From: an uncultured Thermodesulfobacteriota bacterium
Lineage (GTDB): Bacteria > Desulfobacterota > WTBG01
Assembly (NCBI GenBank): GCA_964580455.1
Contig: CAZOKO010000001.1
Coordinates: forward strand, 2,992 to 66,991
DNA: 64,000 nucleotides
Direction of reading: 5' to 3'
Numbering within the stretch: position 1 is the stretch's first letter; each line of letters begins with the position of its first letter. The notes under the pieces were generated by a model. It was not told where the DNA came from. It made no database searches and was given only the letters and a program-made list of their open reading frames with translations. Position numbers and translations under genes: made by a program. Of the stretch, positions 1 to 11,052 are shown piece after piece.

Positions 1-314
1 AACAGAATTCAGGTATTGAGGTGAGGGATTCAGGAATTTAGGAATTAATTAATGTTGCGGGTTACGAGTTAAGGAGAATTTGTGTTAAATACTTTTATTC
101 CCCTTCGTGTTTCTTCGTGGCCTTCGTGGTTTCGGGTTGTGGAGTTAAAATACTATATACTTAGATCTAAAATTTGATAGTCCCCCTTTGATAAAGGAAG
201 ATGTGGGGTTTTCTAAAGGGGGGAATAGCAAGTTATATAATTACGAGAACGAAAAGTTTATTTAACTTTAGACACTTTATCTCACTTAAAACTGGCATCC
301 AATTTGGAGGTTAG

Positions 315-857
315 ATGGCAAGGGAAAATATGATTAAAGGCACAACTATTATTGCTGTTCGACATAAAGGGAAAGTGGCAATAGGTGGAGATGGGCAGGT
401 AACCTTCGGCAACAACATACTAAAACAGAAAGCAAACAAGATCAGGAAATTATATAATAACAATGTACTGGCCGGTTTCGCCGGAGCCACCGCAGATGCC
501 TTCACCCTTTTTGAAAGGTTTGAGGGAAAGCTGGAACAGCACAACGGTAACCTGTTAAGGTCTGCTGTAGAATTGGCAAAAGACTGGCGCACTGATCGGA
601 TGCTTCGAAAACTGGAAGCCCTGCTTATCGTCGTTAACAAAGAGCATTCCCTGATTGTCTCAGGCAACGGTGATGTAGTAGAGCCTGATGATGGAATCAC
701 TGCTATTGGTTCCGGCGGTTCCTTCGCCCTTGCAGCCGCCAGGGCATTAGTTAAACACTCTGATCTGGATATCAAAACCATCGTTGAAGAATCAATGAAG
801 ATCGCTTCTGAAATCTGCATTTATACTAACGACAAAATAATTGTTGAAGAACTATAA
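315..857 (+). CDS. hslV: ATP-dependent protease subunit HslV
   Basis: 180-aa ORF with a GTTI(I/V)AV N-terminal Thr-protease motif and a GSGG motif. It is immediately upstream of hslU. Four residues (MIKG) precede the catalytic Thr, so the true start or N-terminal processing is uncertain. Confidence 0.85.
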   Translation: MARENMIKGTTIIAVRHKGKVAIGGDGQVTFGNNILKQKANKIRKLYNNNVLAGFAGATADAFTLFERFEGKLEQHNGNLLRSAVELAKDWRTDRMLRKLEALLIVVNKEHSLIVSGNGDVVEPDDGITAIGSGGSFALAAARALVKHSDLDIKTIVEESMKIASEICIYTNDKIIVEEL

Positions 858-885
858 TGCGTCACATCAAAACAAGAGAAAACCT

Positions 886-2259
886 ATGAAAAGTTTAACA
901 CCAAAGGAAATCGTATCCGAATTGAACAAGTATATTATAGGTCAGCATAATGCTAAAAGGGCAGTTGCTATTGCCCTGAGAAACAGATGGAGACGCCAGA
1001 ATGTCTCCGATGATCTAAAGGATGAGATTGCCCCCAAAAACATCATTATGATTGGTCCCACTGGTGTGGGTAAGACAGAGATATCCCGAAGATTAGCCAA
1101 CCTCTCACAGTCTCCTTTTTTAAAGATTGAGGCTTCTAAATTCACGGAAGTTGGTTATGTAGGCCGAGATGTTGAATCGATGGTGCGGGATTTAACTGAT
1201 CTTGCTGTTAACCAGATAAAGGCTGAAGAAGCAGAAAAGGTTCAGGTCAAGGCTAAAGAAATCGCGGAGGAACGTATCCTTGATCTTCTGCTTCCACCCC
1301 GACGAGAGGAGAAGAGGAGCTACAATGAATCATCTCCAGAAAAACCCCTCGAGCTGGTAAAAAAAGAGCAGGAGCAAGAGAATACCACCAGAGAGAAGCT
1401 CCGCAAACTTTTAAAAGAGCACAAATTGGACGAAAGGATGGTCGAGCTTGAAACCACTCAAAGGACCGTTCCCATTGTTGAAATCTTTTCAGCCGCCGGC
1501 ATGGAGGAAATGGATATCAATGTTAAAGATATGTTCGGTAACCTCTTTCCCAAAAAGACGCAAAAGAGAAAGGCAAAAATCTCAGAGGCGTTAGAGATCA
1601 TTGCCCAGGAGGAAGCCCAACGGTTAATTGACATGGACAAGGTTACTAAACAAGCCATCGAAAGAGTCGAACAGTCTGGAATTATCTTCTTAGACGAGAT
1701 TGATAAGATCGTGGGAAAAGATAGTGCTCATGGTCCTGATGTCTCACGAGAAGGGGTACAGCGAGATTTGCTGCCTATCGTAGAGGGCTGTACTGTCACT
1801 ACCAAATACGGAATGGTAAAAACCGATCATGTTTTATTCGTTGCCTCAGGAGCATTCTACAGCTCAAAGCCATCAGATTTAATACCGGAGCTGCAAGGAA
1901 GATTTCCCATACGGGTGGAATTGGAATCACTGGGCAAAGAGGAATTTATCCGAATTCTAACCGAGCCTCAAAACGCATTAATCAAACAATACAGGGCATT
2001 AATGGAAACGGAAGGAATTGAGTTGGTCTTTGGAGATGACGCCATAGCGGAAATTGCCGAAATTGCAACCATCGTCAATGAAAGAACTGAAAATATCGGG
2101 GCACGCAGGCTCCATACCATTATGGAAAAACTCTTAGATGAACTCTCATTTGATGCACCCGATTTAGAAAAGAAAGCGTTTACTATTGATGCTAACTACG
2201 TAAAGGGAAAATTGAGCAGTCTGGCCAAAGATGAAGACTTAAGCCGCTACATACTCTAA
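886..2259 (+). CDS. hslU: ATP-dependent protease ATPase subunit HslU
   Basis: AAA+ protein with Walker [10 protein letters not shown], an I-domain insertion, and a C-terminal [10 protein letters not shown] sensor. The start is trimmed from the ORF-track start (841) to the internal ATG at 886 ([10 protein letters not shown]...), which is the typical HslU N-terminus. Confidence 0.9.
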   Translation: MKSLTPKEIVSELNKYIIGQHNAKRAVAIALRNRWRRQNVSDDLKDEIAPKNIIMIGPTGVGKTEISRRLANLSQSPFLKIEASKFTEVGYVGRDVESMVRDLTDLAVNQIKAEEAEKVQVKAKEIAEERILDLLLPPRREEKRSYNESSPEKPLELVKKEQEQENTTREKLRKLLKEHKLDERMVELETTQRTVPIVEIFSAAGMEEMDINVKDMFGNLFPKKTQKRKAKISEALEIIAQEEAQRLIDMDKVTKQAIERVEQSGIIFLDEIDKIVGKDSAHGPDVSREGVQRDLLPIVEGCTVTTKYGMVKTDHVLFVASGAFYSSKPSDLIPELQGRFPIRVELESLGKEEFIRILTEPQNALIKQYRALMETEGIELVFGDDAIAEIAEIATIVNERTENIGARRLHTIMEKLLDELSFDAPDLEKKAFTIDANYVKGKLSSLAKDEDLSRYIL

Positions 2260-2358
2260 TGGGATTAAAAAACCACAGAGAACGCAGAGGTAAAAATATT
2301 TAATGGATGTCATTTCTCTGCGAGCTCTTTGGTTAATCATACCCCGGGAGCTACTCTA

Positions 2359-3240
2359 ATGCAAAAGTTAATTGATAAAGCCACTGTCTTGATGGAGGCA
2401 CTACCCTATATTCGCCGTTTCTATCAGAAGACTATCGTCATCAAGTATGGTGGCCATGCCATGATAGAAAAGGAATTGAAAAAAGATTTCGCCATGGATA
2501 TCACTCTGATGAATTATATTGGATTAAATCCAGTAGTGGTTCATGGCGGAGGCCCCCAGATAGAAGACGTATTAAAAAAGATGGGGAAATCTTCGAAATT
2601 CATCGAGGGCTTAAGAGTAACCGACGAAGAAATCATGGAAGTCGTTGAAATGGTTCTGGTGGGGAAAGTCAACAAGGAAATCGTCAGCTTAATCAACCTG
2701 CAGGGTGGAAAAGCTGTGGGGCTAAGCGGTCAAGATGGACATTTAATTACCGCAAAAAAACTAAGACTTTCGTCTTTGCGCTCCAAAAACAATCGCCACA
2801 AAATCAAAGACATGGGATTGGTAGGGAAAGTAGAATCCGTAAATCCTCATGTCATTGAGACACTGGATCGAAGTAAGTTTATTCCAATTATCGCTCCCAT
2901 TGGCACTGGGAAAGATGGGGAAACCTATAACATCAATGCAGATATGGTAGCAGGGGAAATTGCTTCTGCCCTTAAAGCAGAAAAATTGATTCTCTTAACC
3001 GATACCGAAGGGGTATTAGATAAAAAAGGAAATCTTATCTCATCCATGAATGAAAAGAAAGCAAGGACCTTTATAAAGAAGGGACAGATTTCAGGAGGAA
3101 TGATCCCCAAGGTTAACTGCTGTTTACAGGCTTTAAAAGAAGGTGTAGCAAAAGCCCATATTATTGATGGGAGAATCAAACATGCCATCCTGCTGGAAAT
3201 ATTCACCGATGTGGGTATCGGCACTCAAATTACAGGATAG
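2359..3240 (+). CDS. argB: acetylglutamate kinase
   Basis: Amino-acid kinase family with motif IKYGGHAM. It heads an argB-argD-argF-argG run. Start trimmed to MQKLIDKA... at 2359. Confidence 0.85.
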   Translation: MQKLIDKATVLMEALPYIRRFYQKTIVIKYGGHAMIEKELKKDFAMDITLMNYIGLNPVVVHGGGPQIEDVLKKMGKSSKFIEGLRVTDEEIMEVVEMVLVGKVNKEIVSLINLQGGKAVGLSGQDGHLITAKKLRLSSLRSKNNRHKIKDMGLVGKVESVNPHVIETLDRSKFIPIIAPIGTGKDGETYNINADMVAGEIASALKAEKLILLTDTEGVLDKKGNLISSMNEKKARTFIKKGQISGGMIPKVNCCLQALKEGVAKAHIIDGRIKHAILLEIFTDVGIGTQITG

Positions 3241-3243
3241 ATT

Positions 3244-4458
3244 ATGAACAAAACATCCATGAAGGCCTTAATCGATAAAGCAGAACAGTACATCTTTCCC
3301 ACCTATACTCGCTCACCTGTAGTCCTCACCAAAGGTGAAGGGATGAGAGTATGGGATAGTGAGGGGAAGGAATACCTGGATTTTGCGTCAGGGATTGCGG
3401 TCCTAAATGTAGGACATCTTCATCCCCGCGTTGTTGAAGCCATCCACAAGCAAAGCAAGACGCTCATGCACGTTTCCAACCTTTACTACAGCGAACCTCA
3501 GATCAAACTGGCAGAGCTGCTGGTAAAGCATTCTTTTGCGGATAAAGTTTTTTTCTGCAACAGTGGAGCAGAAGCCAACGAAGCTGCAATAAAGCTGGCG
3601 CGCAAAGTCAAAAAGGATAAAGGGGAAAGCACCCGTTATGAAATTATTACCATGGAGAATAGTTTTCATGGAAGAACCATGGCAACACTCTCTGCTACCG
3701 GACAAAAAAAGTTTCATCACGGTTTTGAACCTCTCCTTGATGGTTTCACCTATGTCCCCTTCAATAATTCAAAGGCGGTTTTTGATGCAATCACTGACAC
3801 AACCTGTGCCGTGATGGTAGAGCCAATTCAGGGAGAAGGCGGTGTAAACTGCCCTTCTCCTGATTATCTAAAAAAGCTAAGAGACATTTGTGATCAACAT
3901 GGACTGCTTCTCATCTTTGATGAAGTCCAGGTAGGGATGGGCAGAACAGGAAAGCTATTTGCCTATCAGCATTATGGGGTTGAACCAGACATCATGACCC
4001 TGGCTAAAGCCATGGCCGGGGGTATGCCTGTTGGAGCTATGCTGGCAAAGGAAGAGATTGCTTCAAGCTTTTCCCGGGGTACTCACGCCTCCACCTTCGG
4101 AGGGAACCCTCTCTCAAGCGCCGCTGGAATAGCCACTATGGAAGCTCTAATTCAGGACAAAATCCTGGAGAACTGTCAGGAAATGGGGGAATACTTCTAC
4201 TCAAAGTTGTTATCCCTCAAAGAAAAACACTCCTTTATTAAAAAAGTGAAAGGGAAAGGACTCATCCTGGGAATAGAATTATCCTTTGAATGTTCAGAAA
4301 TAGCGACGGAGTGTTTGAAGAGAGGGCTTCTGATTATTTGTACCATGGGAAATATACTCCGCTTCCTCCCCCCACTGATCATCACGAAAAAGGAAATTGA
4401 CATTCTGATTAAAACTTTAGATGAACTTTTTGAACAAACGTCCATTCCAACTTTATGA
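3244..4458 (+). CDS. argD: acetylornithine aminotransferase (class III PLP aminotransferase)
   Basis: Class III aminotransferase signature (FDEVQVGMGRTGK, PLP-binding Lys region) sitting inside an arg cluster. Confidence 0.8.
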   Translation: MNKTSMKALIDKAEQYIFPTYTRSPVVLTKGEGMRVWDSEGKEYLDFASGIAVLNVGHLHPRVVEAIHKQSKTLMHVSNLYYSEPQIKLAELLVKHSFADKVFFCNSGAEANEAAIKLARKVKKDKGESTRYEIITMENSFHGRTMATLSATGQKKFHHGFEPLLDGFTYVPFNNSKAVFDAITDTTCAVMVEPIQGEGGVNCPSPDYLKKLRDICDQHGLLLIFDEVQVGMGRTGKLFAYQHYGVEPDIMTLAKAMAGGMPVGAMLAKEEIASSFSRGTHASTFGGNPLSSAAGIATMEALIQDKILENCQEMGEYFYSKLLSLKEKHSFIKKVKGKGLILGIELSFECSEIATECLKRGLLIICTMGNILRFLPPLIITKKEIDILIKTLDELFEQTSIPTL

Positions 4459-5366
4459 AAAAATATCTTATAAGTATCAATTCCTTAAGCAAGCAGGAAA
4501 TTGAAGAGCTGATTTTCTCTGCCATCAATTTGAAGGAAAAGCAGAAAGCAGGTGAACCCTACCAGCCTTTAAAAGGAAAAACACTGGGAATGCTCTTTGA
4601 GAAACCTTCTACTAGAACCCGGATTTCTTTTGAAGTAGGAATGCTGCAGCTGGGGGGTCATGCCCTCTATATGAGCTGGAGAGATACGCAACTGGGTAGA
4701 GAAGAATCTCTTGAGGATACAGCTCAAGTCCTCTCCAGATATCTAGACGCTATTGTAATCAGGACTTTCTCTCAGAATACCGTTGAGATAATTGCTCAAC
4801 ATGCAGCTATCCCTGTTATCAATGGTCTTACAGATCTGCTTCATCCCTGCCAGATATTGAGTGACATCATGACCATTGTAGAAATGAAAGGGGAATTTAA
4901 GAAACAAAAAATCTCTTATATAGGAGATGGTAATAACATTGCCAATTCCTGGATAAATGCTTCCCTCAAACTGGGATTTAACCTTCATTTAGCCTGTCCC
5001 AAAGGATATGAACCAGATGGAAAGATAGTAGAAAAGGCCCGGATTGATGCCCCATCACAGATAAAGCTCTCCTCTGACCCTTTTGAAGCTGCTAAAGATG
5101 CAGATATCATCAACACCGATACCTGGGTAAGTATGGGACAAGAAAAGGAGCATAAAGAAAGAACAGAAGTTTTTAAAAATTATCAGATAAACAGTTCCTT
5201 ACTTAAGGTGGCGAAGGAGGATGTTCTGGTTATGCACTGTTTACCTGCCCATCGAGGCGATGAGATTACTGATGAAGTAGCAGACGGCAAGCATTCAATC
5301 ATCTTTGATCAGGCTGAAAACCGCCTGCATATGCAGAAGGCTATACTCAAAATGTTACTTGCTTAA
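4455..5366 (+). CDS. argF: ornithine carbamoyltransferase
   Basis: STRTR carbamoyl-phosphate-binding motif plus the HCLPAHRG and DTWVSMGQE motifs that distinguish OTC from ATCase. It overlaps argD by 4 bp. Confidence 0.88.
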   Translation: MKKYLISINSLSKQEIEELIFSAINLKEKQKAGEPYQPLKGKTLGMLFEKPSTRTRISFEVGMLQLGGHALYMSWRDTQLGREESLEDTAQVLSRYLDAIVIRTFSQNTVEIIAQHAAIPVINGLTDLLHPCQILSDIMTIVEMKGEFKKQKISYIGDGNNIANSWINASLKLGFNLHLACPKGYEPDGKIVEKARIDAPSQIKLSSDPFEAAKDADIINTDTWVSMGQEKEHKERTEVFKNYQINSSLLKVAKEDVLVMHCLPAHRGDEITDEVADGKHSIIFDQAENRLHMQKAILKMLLA

Positions 5367-5389
5367 AAACCAAAAGGAGAAGCAGATTA

Positions 5390-6595
5390 ATGGAGAAGAT
5401 AAAAAAAGTAGTTCTGGCTTATTCTGGTGGCTTAGACACCTCAGTCATCCCCAGGTGGTTGATAGAAACCTACGGATGTGAGGTAATCGCATTCTCTGCT
5501 GATCTAGGACAGGAAGATCCATTTAAAGCACTCAAGAAAAGAGCACTCAGCATTGGTATTAAAAAAGTATATATTGAAGATCTTAAGGAAGAGTTTGCAA
5601 ACGATTTTGTTTTTCCTCTCTTAAGGGCTAACGCCATTTATGAGGGAAGCTATCTGTTAGGAACCGCCATTGCTCGGCCCCTTATTGCCAAAAAACAGAT
5701 CGAAATTGCCCGCAAAGAAAAAGCTGATGCCGTATCCCATGGGGCAACAGGCAAGGGAAATGATCAGGTCCGTTTTGAACTCACCTACCTTTCCTTAAAC
5801 CCCAGGATAAAGATTATTGCACCCTGGAGGCTCTGGCACCTCAATTCCAGACAATCTCTGATTGCCTATGCTAAAAGGCATAAGATCCCTGTAAAAGTCA
5901 GCACAAAAAAGCCTTACAGTACCGATCGCAATCTTCTCCACATAAGTTTTGAAGGAGGCATATTGGAGGATCCATGGAAAGAGCCAAGGGAAGATATGTT
6001 TGTACTCACTGCTTCCCCTGAAAAGGCTCCACAAAAACCTACCTATATTGAAGTTGCTTATGATAAAGGGAATCCCGTAGCCATCAATAATAAACTTCTT
6101 TCCCCTGCCAGGCTTTTAGCAAGGCTTAATAAGCTGGGTGGAATTAATGGTATTGGTCGTGTTGATATGGTGGAAAACCGTTATGTGGGTATGAAATCCC
6201 GCGGCGTATACGAAACGCCAGGGGGTACTATTTTACACATGGCTCATCGGGCAATGGAATCTATCACCCTTGATCGTGAGGTCATGCATCTTAAAGATAG
6301 CTTCATCACCAGATACGCAGAACTTGTTTACTATGGTTACTGGTTTTCTCCTGAAAGGGAGATTTTACAGCGAACGATTGATGAAACCCAGACAAATGTT
6401 ACTGGCACTGTTCGACTGAAGCTCTACAAAGGAAACTGCCTAGTAGTTGGTAGAAAATCCCCCAAATCTCTCTATAGTCCGGATTATGCCACATTTGAAG
6501 AAGATACGGTTTATGACCAGAGTCTGGCTGAGGGCTTCATTCAGCTCAATGCCCTGAGACTTAAAATCAGGAATTCCTTGAGGAAGAAAAGATAA
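5390..6595 (+). CDS. argG: argininosuccinate synthase
   Basis: N-type ATP pyrophosphatase motif AYSGGLDTS over a 401-aa length typical of ArgG. Confidence 0.9.
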   Translation: MEKIKKVVLAYSGGLDTSVIPRWLIETYGCEVIAFSADLGQEDPFKALKKRALSIGIKKVYIEDLKEEFANDFVFPLLRANAIYEGSYLLGTAIARPLIAKKQIEIARKEKADAVSHGATGKGNDQVRFELTYLSLNPRIKIIAPWRLWHLNSRQSLIAYAKRHKIPVKVSTKKPYSTDRNLLHISFEGGILEDPWKEPREDMFVLTASPEKAPQKPTYIEVAYDKGNPVAINNKLLSPARLLARLNKLGGINGIGRVDMVENRYVGMKSRGVYETPGGTILHMAHRAMESITLDREVMHLKDSFITRYAELVYYGYWFSPEREILQRTIDETQTNVTGTVRLKLYKGNCLVVGRKSPKSLYSPDYATFEEDTVYDQSLAEGFIQLNALRLKIRNSLRKKR

Positions 6596-6599
6596 GTAG

Positions 6600-6626
6600 T
6601 GCCTGAACGAAAAGTCATGTTCAGGC
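6600..6626 (+). terminator. hairpin terminator after argG (gcctgaac-N10-gttcaggc)
   Basis: Perfect 8-bp inverted repeat 5 bp after the argG stop, followed by an A/T-rich tract. Confidence 0.5.
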
Positions 6627-6840
6627 CAAATCCGAATATCTAAATCCGAAACCCGAAACAAATTCGAATATCAAATGACAAAATGACCTAAACTAAAACA
6701 TTGGTAATAAGGTGTTTTTGTCATTGGTACATTTGTATTTTGGTTATTGTTTCGTATTTCGTGCTTCGTATTTCGAATTTTTGACCGAAAAAATGGGGTT
6801 TTCGGTCAAGCACTAGTTAGGGGGAATTTTTCAGAGATTC

Positions 6841-7917
6841 ATGAAACACATTACAAAACTGTTAAAAATATTTTTTTGCATCCTGTGTATAACCCAATTC
6901 CCAAACTGTGGAAAGAAGGGGGATCCCAGCACTCCTGTCGCAGTAACCCCTGCAAAAATTAAAGATCTTACGGCACGCACTCAGGGAAGAGCTATCAACT
7001 TAAGCTGGAGTATACCCAAAAACAATACAGACGGCTCTCAACTTCTTGACCTTAAGGGATTTAAAATACTTCGAAACGAGATAAATATTAAAAAAGAATG
7101 TCCCGACTGCCCAAAAAGATTTTCACTTATCTACGATGTCGATTACAAAACCTATATGATGAACAAACCTCAGGCAGAAAGGATTGAATACAGTGATGAG
7201 GAGCTTCACTTTAAAAACATCTATACCTATAGAGTAGTAAGCTATAACTCAGACAACCAGCTAAGCCCCAGGTCTAATGCTCAAGAGGTCTTCTGGGACA
7301 TCCCCAGTTTGCCTCCCAGGAAGCTTCAGGCAGAGCTTAAAGAAAAATCTACCATCCTGAGCTGGGAAGAACCAAATACCCTTAAAGACAGATCAGCTCT
7401 TAAAGGATTGGCGGGATATAACCTTTATCGAAAGTCCCCTGGTGAAACCTACCCTGCCGACCCTATCAACAGCGAGCTAATTACTACCCTTGCCTGCCGG
7501 GACAAAGGCATAGAAATGGACAGGGATTATCTCTATACGTTAAGAGCGGTAAGAAAGGTCAGGGAAACTTTTATTGAAAGCGAGGGATGTGAAGAGGTTG
7601 CCCTTAATACCACTGATCGTACCCCTCCTGATGCCCCTACAGGTTTAATTGCATTACTTCTCAAAACGGGGATAATGCTCAGGTGGAATGAAAATAAGGA
7701 ATCAGACCTAAGAGGGTACAACCTCTATCGAAAAGCAGGGGGAGGAGCCGATTTTAAAAAATTGAATGCAACACCATTGCCCAAAGCGCGTTACCTTGAC
7801 AGCTCAGTAGTAGAAGACAAGGGATCTTATACTTACGTTGTTACAGCACTTGATGACGCAACTTATACAAACGAAAGCGAACGTTCAAAAGAAGCAACTG
7901 TACGATATCGCTATTAA
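6841..7917 (+). CDS. secreted or lipo-protein with three fibronectin type III-like repeats
   Basis: Hydrophobic N-terminal signal ending in a Cys (…ITQFPNCG). It has three ~100-aa repeats, each carrying L.W…N…L.GYN(L)YR…Y.Y motifs typical of FN3/Big-like β-sandwich domains. Confidence 0.5.
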   Translation: MKHITKLLKIFFCILCITQFPNCGKKGDPSTPVAVTPAKIKDLTARTQGRAINLSWSIPKNNTDGSQLLDLKGFKILRNEINIKKECPDCPKRFSLIYDVDYKTYMMNKPQAERIEYSDEELHFKNIYTYRVVSYNSDNQLSPRSNAQEVFWDIPSLPPRKLQAELKEKSTILSWEEPNTLKDRSALKGLAGYNLYRKSPGETYPADPINSELITTLACRDKGIEMDRDYLYTLRAVRKVRETFIESEGCEEVALNTTDRTPPDAPTGLIALLLKTGIMLRWNENKESDLRGYNLYRKAGGGADFKKLNATPLPKARYLDSSVVEDKGSYTYVVTALDDATYTNESERSKEATVRYRY

Positions 7918-7925
7918 AGGGTTCC

Positions 7926-9185
7926 ATGCACGATTTTCAATATCACCAAAACGAGCTTTACTGCGAAGAGGTTTCCATCAAAGAGATTGCAGATCTGGTG
8001 GATACCCCCTTCTACCTTTACAGCAATCATACTTTAGAAAACCATTTCAAGGTGTTCGATTCTGCTTTTAGTGAGATAGATCACCTCACCTGCTTTTCAG
8101 TAAAAGCTAACTCCAATCTTACAGTTCTTAAAATCTTTATCAATCTGGGCGGAGGGGCAGACATCGTCTCAGGAGGTGAACTCTACCGTGTCCTTAACGC
8201 TGGGGCGGATCCCTTAAAAGTAGTCTTTTCCGGTGTAGGAAAAGGGACTAAAGAATTAGAATATGCACTGGAAGCAGGCATCCTGATGTTCAATATAGAA
8301 TCCACTCAGGAATTAACCACCATTAACCAGGTAGCTCAACGACTGGGCACAAAGGCAAGAATAGCCCTGCGGGTGAATCCCCATATTGATCCCAAGACAC
8401 ATCCTTATATCTCTACCGGATTAAAGAAAAACAAATTTGGAATAGAAATTAATCAGGCACTTGAAGACTACAGGGAGGTAAAAAAATTAAAACACCTGGA
8501 GATTATTGGTGTTGACTGCCACATTGGCTCGCAGATCACTGAAATTCAGCCCTTCGTAGAAACCCTGAGGAAAGTGAAAGAACTGGTGCTTATATTAAGG
8601 CAGGAGGACATAGAAATCCAATATATTGATCTGGGTGGCGGACTGGGTATTACTTACAACCAGGAGCAGCCACCTCATCCCAGAGAATATGCCTCCGCCC
8701 TCATCGAGGAAATGAAGGATTTTAGCTGCACCCTGATCCTTGAGCCCGGCAGAGTGATTGCAGGCAATGCAGGAATCCTTGTCACAAAGGTCCTCTATCT
8801 TAAAGAGGGGACTGAAAAGACTTTTGTCACCGTAGATGCTGCCATGAATGACCTGATCCGTCCCAGCCTCTATGGAGCTTTTCAGGCAATACAGCCCGTA
8901 GTGAAAACAGAGGGAGAAGAAATGGTAGCAGATATTGTGGGGCCTATCTGTGAATCAGGTGATTTTCTTGCTAAAGAGAGAACAATTCCCAGATTAAAAT
9001 CAGACGATCTTATCGCCGTAATGAGTGCCGGGGCTTATGGTTTTACCATGTCCTCTAACTACAATTCCAGACCCCGTGTCCCGGAGGTTCTGGTGGCAGG
9101 AAAAGAATTCTATGTAATTAGAGAGCGAGAAAACTACGAAGACCTGATCAGGGGGGAAACAATTCCGGAGTTCCTGAACAAATGA
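7926..9185 (+). CDS. lysA: diaminopimelate decarboxylase
   Basis: Fold-III PLP decarboxylase carrying the GPICESGD motif. It is adjacent to dapF and dapA. Confidence 0.88.
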   Translation: MHDFQYHQNELYCEEVSIKEIADLVDTPFYLYSNHTLENHFKVFDSAFSEIDHLTCFSVKANSNLTVLKIFINLGGGADIVSGGELYRVLNAGADPLKVVFSGVGKGTKELEYALEAGILMFNIESTQELTTINQVAQRLGTKARIALRVNPHIDPKTHPYISTGLKKNKFGIEINQALEDYREVKKLKHLEIIGVDCHIGSQITEIQPFVETLRKVKELVLILRQEDIEIQYIDLGGGLGITYNQEQPPHPREYASALIEEMKDFSCTLILEPGRVIAGNAGILVTKVLYLKEGTEKTFVTVDAAMNDLIRPSLYGAFQAIQPVVKTEGEEMVADIVGPICESGDFLAKERTIPRLKSDDLIAVMSAGAYGFTMSSNYNSRPRVPEVLVAGKEFYVIRERENYEDLIRGETIPEFLNK

Positions 9186-9994
9186 AATTAATCCCTTTTA
9201 CCAAAATGAGCGCAGCCGGCAATGATTTCATCATTATTGACAACCGCCAGAATATCCTTGATGCTAAAAAGGCTAAAGAATGTGCACAAAATATCTGCAG
9301 ACGAAAACTCTCAGTTGGTGCAGATGGACTAATCCTTATAGAAGACTCTAAAAAGGCAGATTTCAAATGGAGATTTTTTAATGCTGATGGCAGTGAAGCT
9401 GAGATGTGTGGTAACGGTGGAAGGTGTATAGCCAGGCTTTCTCATCTTAAGGGAATTGCACCACGTCAGCTCACCTTTGAGACCCTGGCCGGGATCATCA
9501 AGGCGGAAGTCCTGGAGGAAAGCATAAAACTGCAACTGCCACTCCCCTGCAACTTAACGAGTGATCTAAAACTTCAACTTGAAGGGAAAAGCATTATTGT
9601 TGACAGTATTACCGTTGGTGTACCCCACGCGGTAACGTTTGTTGATGACCTTAAAAAATACCCGGTAGTAGAACTGGGGAGAATGATTCGTTTCTCAGAA
9701 CATTTCAAACCTGCAGGCACCAATGTAAATTTTGTGAACATCAAGAACGGCTCAGCCATAGCTATCAGAACTTATGAGAGGGGAGTAGAAGACGAAACGC
9801 TTGCCTGCGGAACAGGAGCGGTCGCCTCTGCCTTAATCACAAATGAAAAAAAAGGGATAAAATCTCCCGTATCAGTCCTGACCCAGGGAGGAGAGACACT
9901 GACAGTACATTTTACAAAAGAAGATAAAACTTTAAAAGAAGTGTTTTTAGAAGGTACTGCAAACTTCATCTACGAGGGAGAACTCTACCCCTAA
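9182..9994 (+). CDS. dapF: diaminopimelate epimerase
   Basis: GNDFIII motif with both catalytic Cys motifs (MCGNGGRC and ACGTGAVAS). It overlaps lysA by 4 bp. Confidence 0.9.
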   Translation: MKLIPFTKMSAAGNDFIIIDNRQNILDAKKAKECAQNICRRKLSVGADGLILIEDSKKADFKWRFFNADGSEAEMCGNGGRCIARLSHLKGIAPRQLTFETLAGIIKAEVLEESIKLQLPLPCNLTSDLKLQLEGKSIIVDSITVGVPHAVTFVDDLKKYPVVELGRMIRFSEHFKPAGTNVNFVNIKNGSAIAIRTYERGVEDETLACGTGAVASALITNEKKGIKSPVSVLTQGGETLTVHFTKEDKTLKEVFLEGTANFIYEGELYP

Positions 9995-10024
9995 ACACTT
10001 TAATTAGACAGGAGGAAAACTATT

Positions 10025-10897
10025 ATGTTTAAAGGCTCCATGATTCCTATCGTCACTCCTTTTAAAGAAGGAGAAATTGATGAGAAAGGCTTTCAAAACC
10101 TCATCGAATTTCATATCAAAAGCGGCACGGATGCTATTGTTCCCTGTGGTACTACCGGGGAGTCAGCAACTCTAACGTATAAAGAACACGAGAAATTAAT
10201 CGACATCTGCCTTGAGGCGGTTAACCACCGCGTTCCAGTAATTGCAGGAACAGGGTCTAACAGCACGGATGAAGCTATAGAGCTCACCATCTATGCTCAA
10301 AAGGCAGGAGCAGATGGCGCACTGCTCATCACTCCTTATTACAACAAGCCCACTCAGGAAGGACTTTACCAACACTACAAGGCTATTGCTCATAAGACAG
10401 ATCTTCCTCTTATCCTGTACAATGTGCCCAGCAGAACAGGGGTTAACATGTTACCTGAAACAGTAGCTAAACTCTCTGATATACCCAGTATCGTGGGAAT
10501 CAAAGAGGCCTCAGGTTCACTTCAACAGATCTGCGAAATCATTCATCTCTGCGGGGAAAAATGCAGTGTTTTCTCCGGGGACGATTTTATCAATTATCCC
10601 ATTCTTGCCATGGGTGGGAAGGGTATCATCTCGGTAACGGCCAACATCGTGCCGGAGAAAATAGCTGCCATGTGGGATTTCTTCGAATCCGGAGATTATA
10701 ACAAAGCAAGAGAAATCCACTATCAACTCATCTCTCTAAATAACGCTATGTTTTTAGAAACTAATCCTATACCCGTAAAGACTGCCCTGGGACTGATGGG
10801 GAAAATCTCTCCTGAGATGCGCCTCCCCTTATCACCCATGTCTAAAAACAATCTGGAAAAACTTAAAAAAGTAATGGCAAAATATAAACTAATATGA
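10025..10897 (+). CDS. dapA: 4-hydroxy-tetrahydrodipicolinate synthase
   Basis: DHDPS/NAL family motifs (PCGTTGES, active-site Lys region IVGIKEASG) over 290 aa. Confidence 0.9.
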   Translation: MFKGSMIPIVTPFKEGEIDEKGFQNLIEFHIKSGTDAIVPCGTTGESATLTYKEHEKLIDICLEAVNHRVPVIAGTGSNSTDEAIELTIYAQKAGADGALLITPYYNKPTQEGLYQHYKAIAHKTDLPLILYNVPSRTGVNMLPETVAKLSDIPSIVGIKEASGSLQQICEIIHLCGEKCSVFSGDDFINYPILAMGGKGIISVTANIVPEKIAAMWDFFESGDYNKAREIHYQLISLNNAMFLETNPIPVKTALGLMGKISPEMRLPLSPMSKNNLEKLKKVMAKYKLI

Positions 10898-11052
10898 TAG
10901 GAGAACATTCTACATATTAGAACGTTTCAATAACATTACAAAAAGTTTCTCGTATCACCCCCACCCGAATCCCTCTCCCTTCAGGGGGAAGGCAGGATGG
11001 GGATGGATTAATTATTTAAACCCTATAAACTCAAAAGAAAAAGGAGGTTAGC

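Noticed and set aside
315-857. HslV with an N-terminal propeptide (four residues before catalytic Thr)
   Set aside because: This is more likely an over-extended start call or simple Met-aminopeptidase-independent processing. There is no alternative start immediately before TTIIAV, so I am leaving it as an annotation caveat, not a finding.
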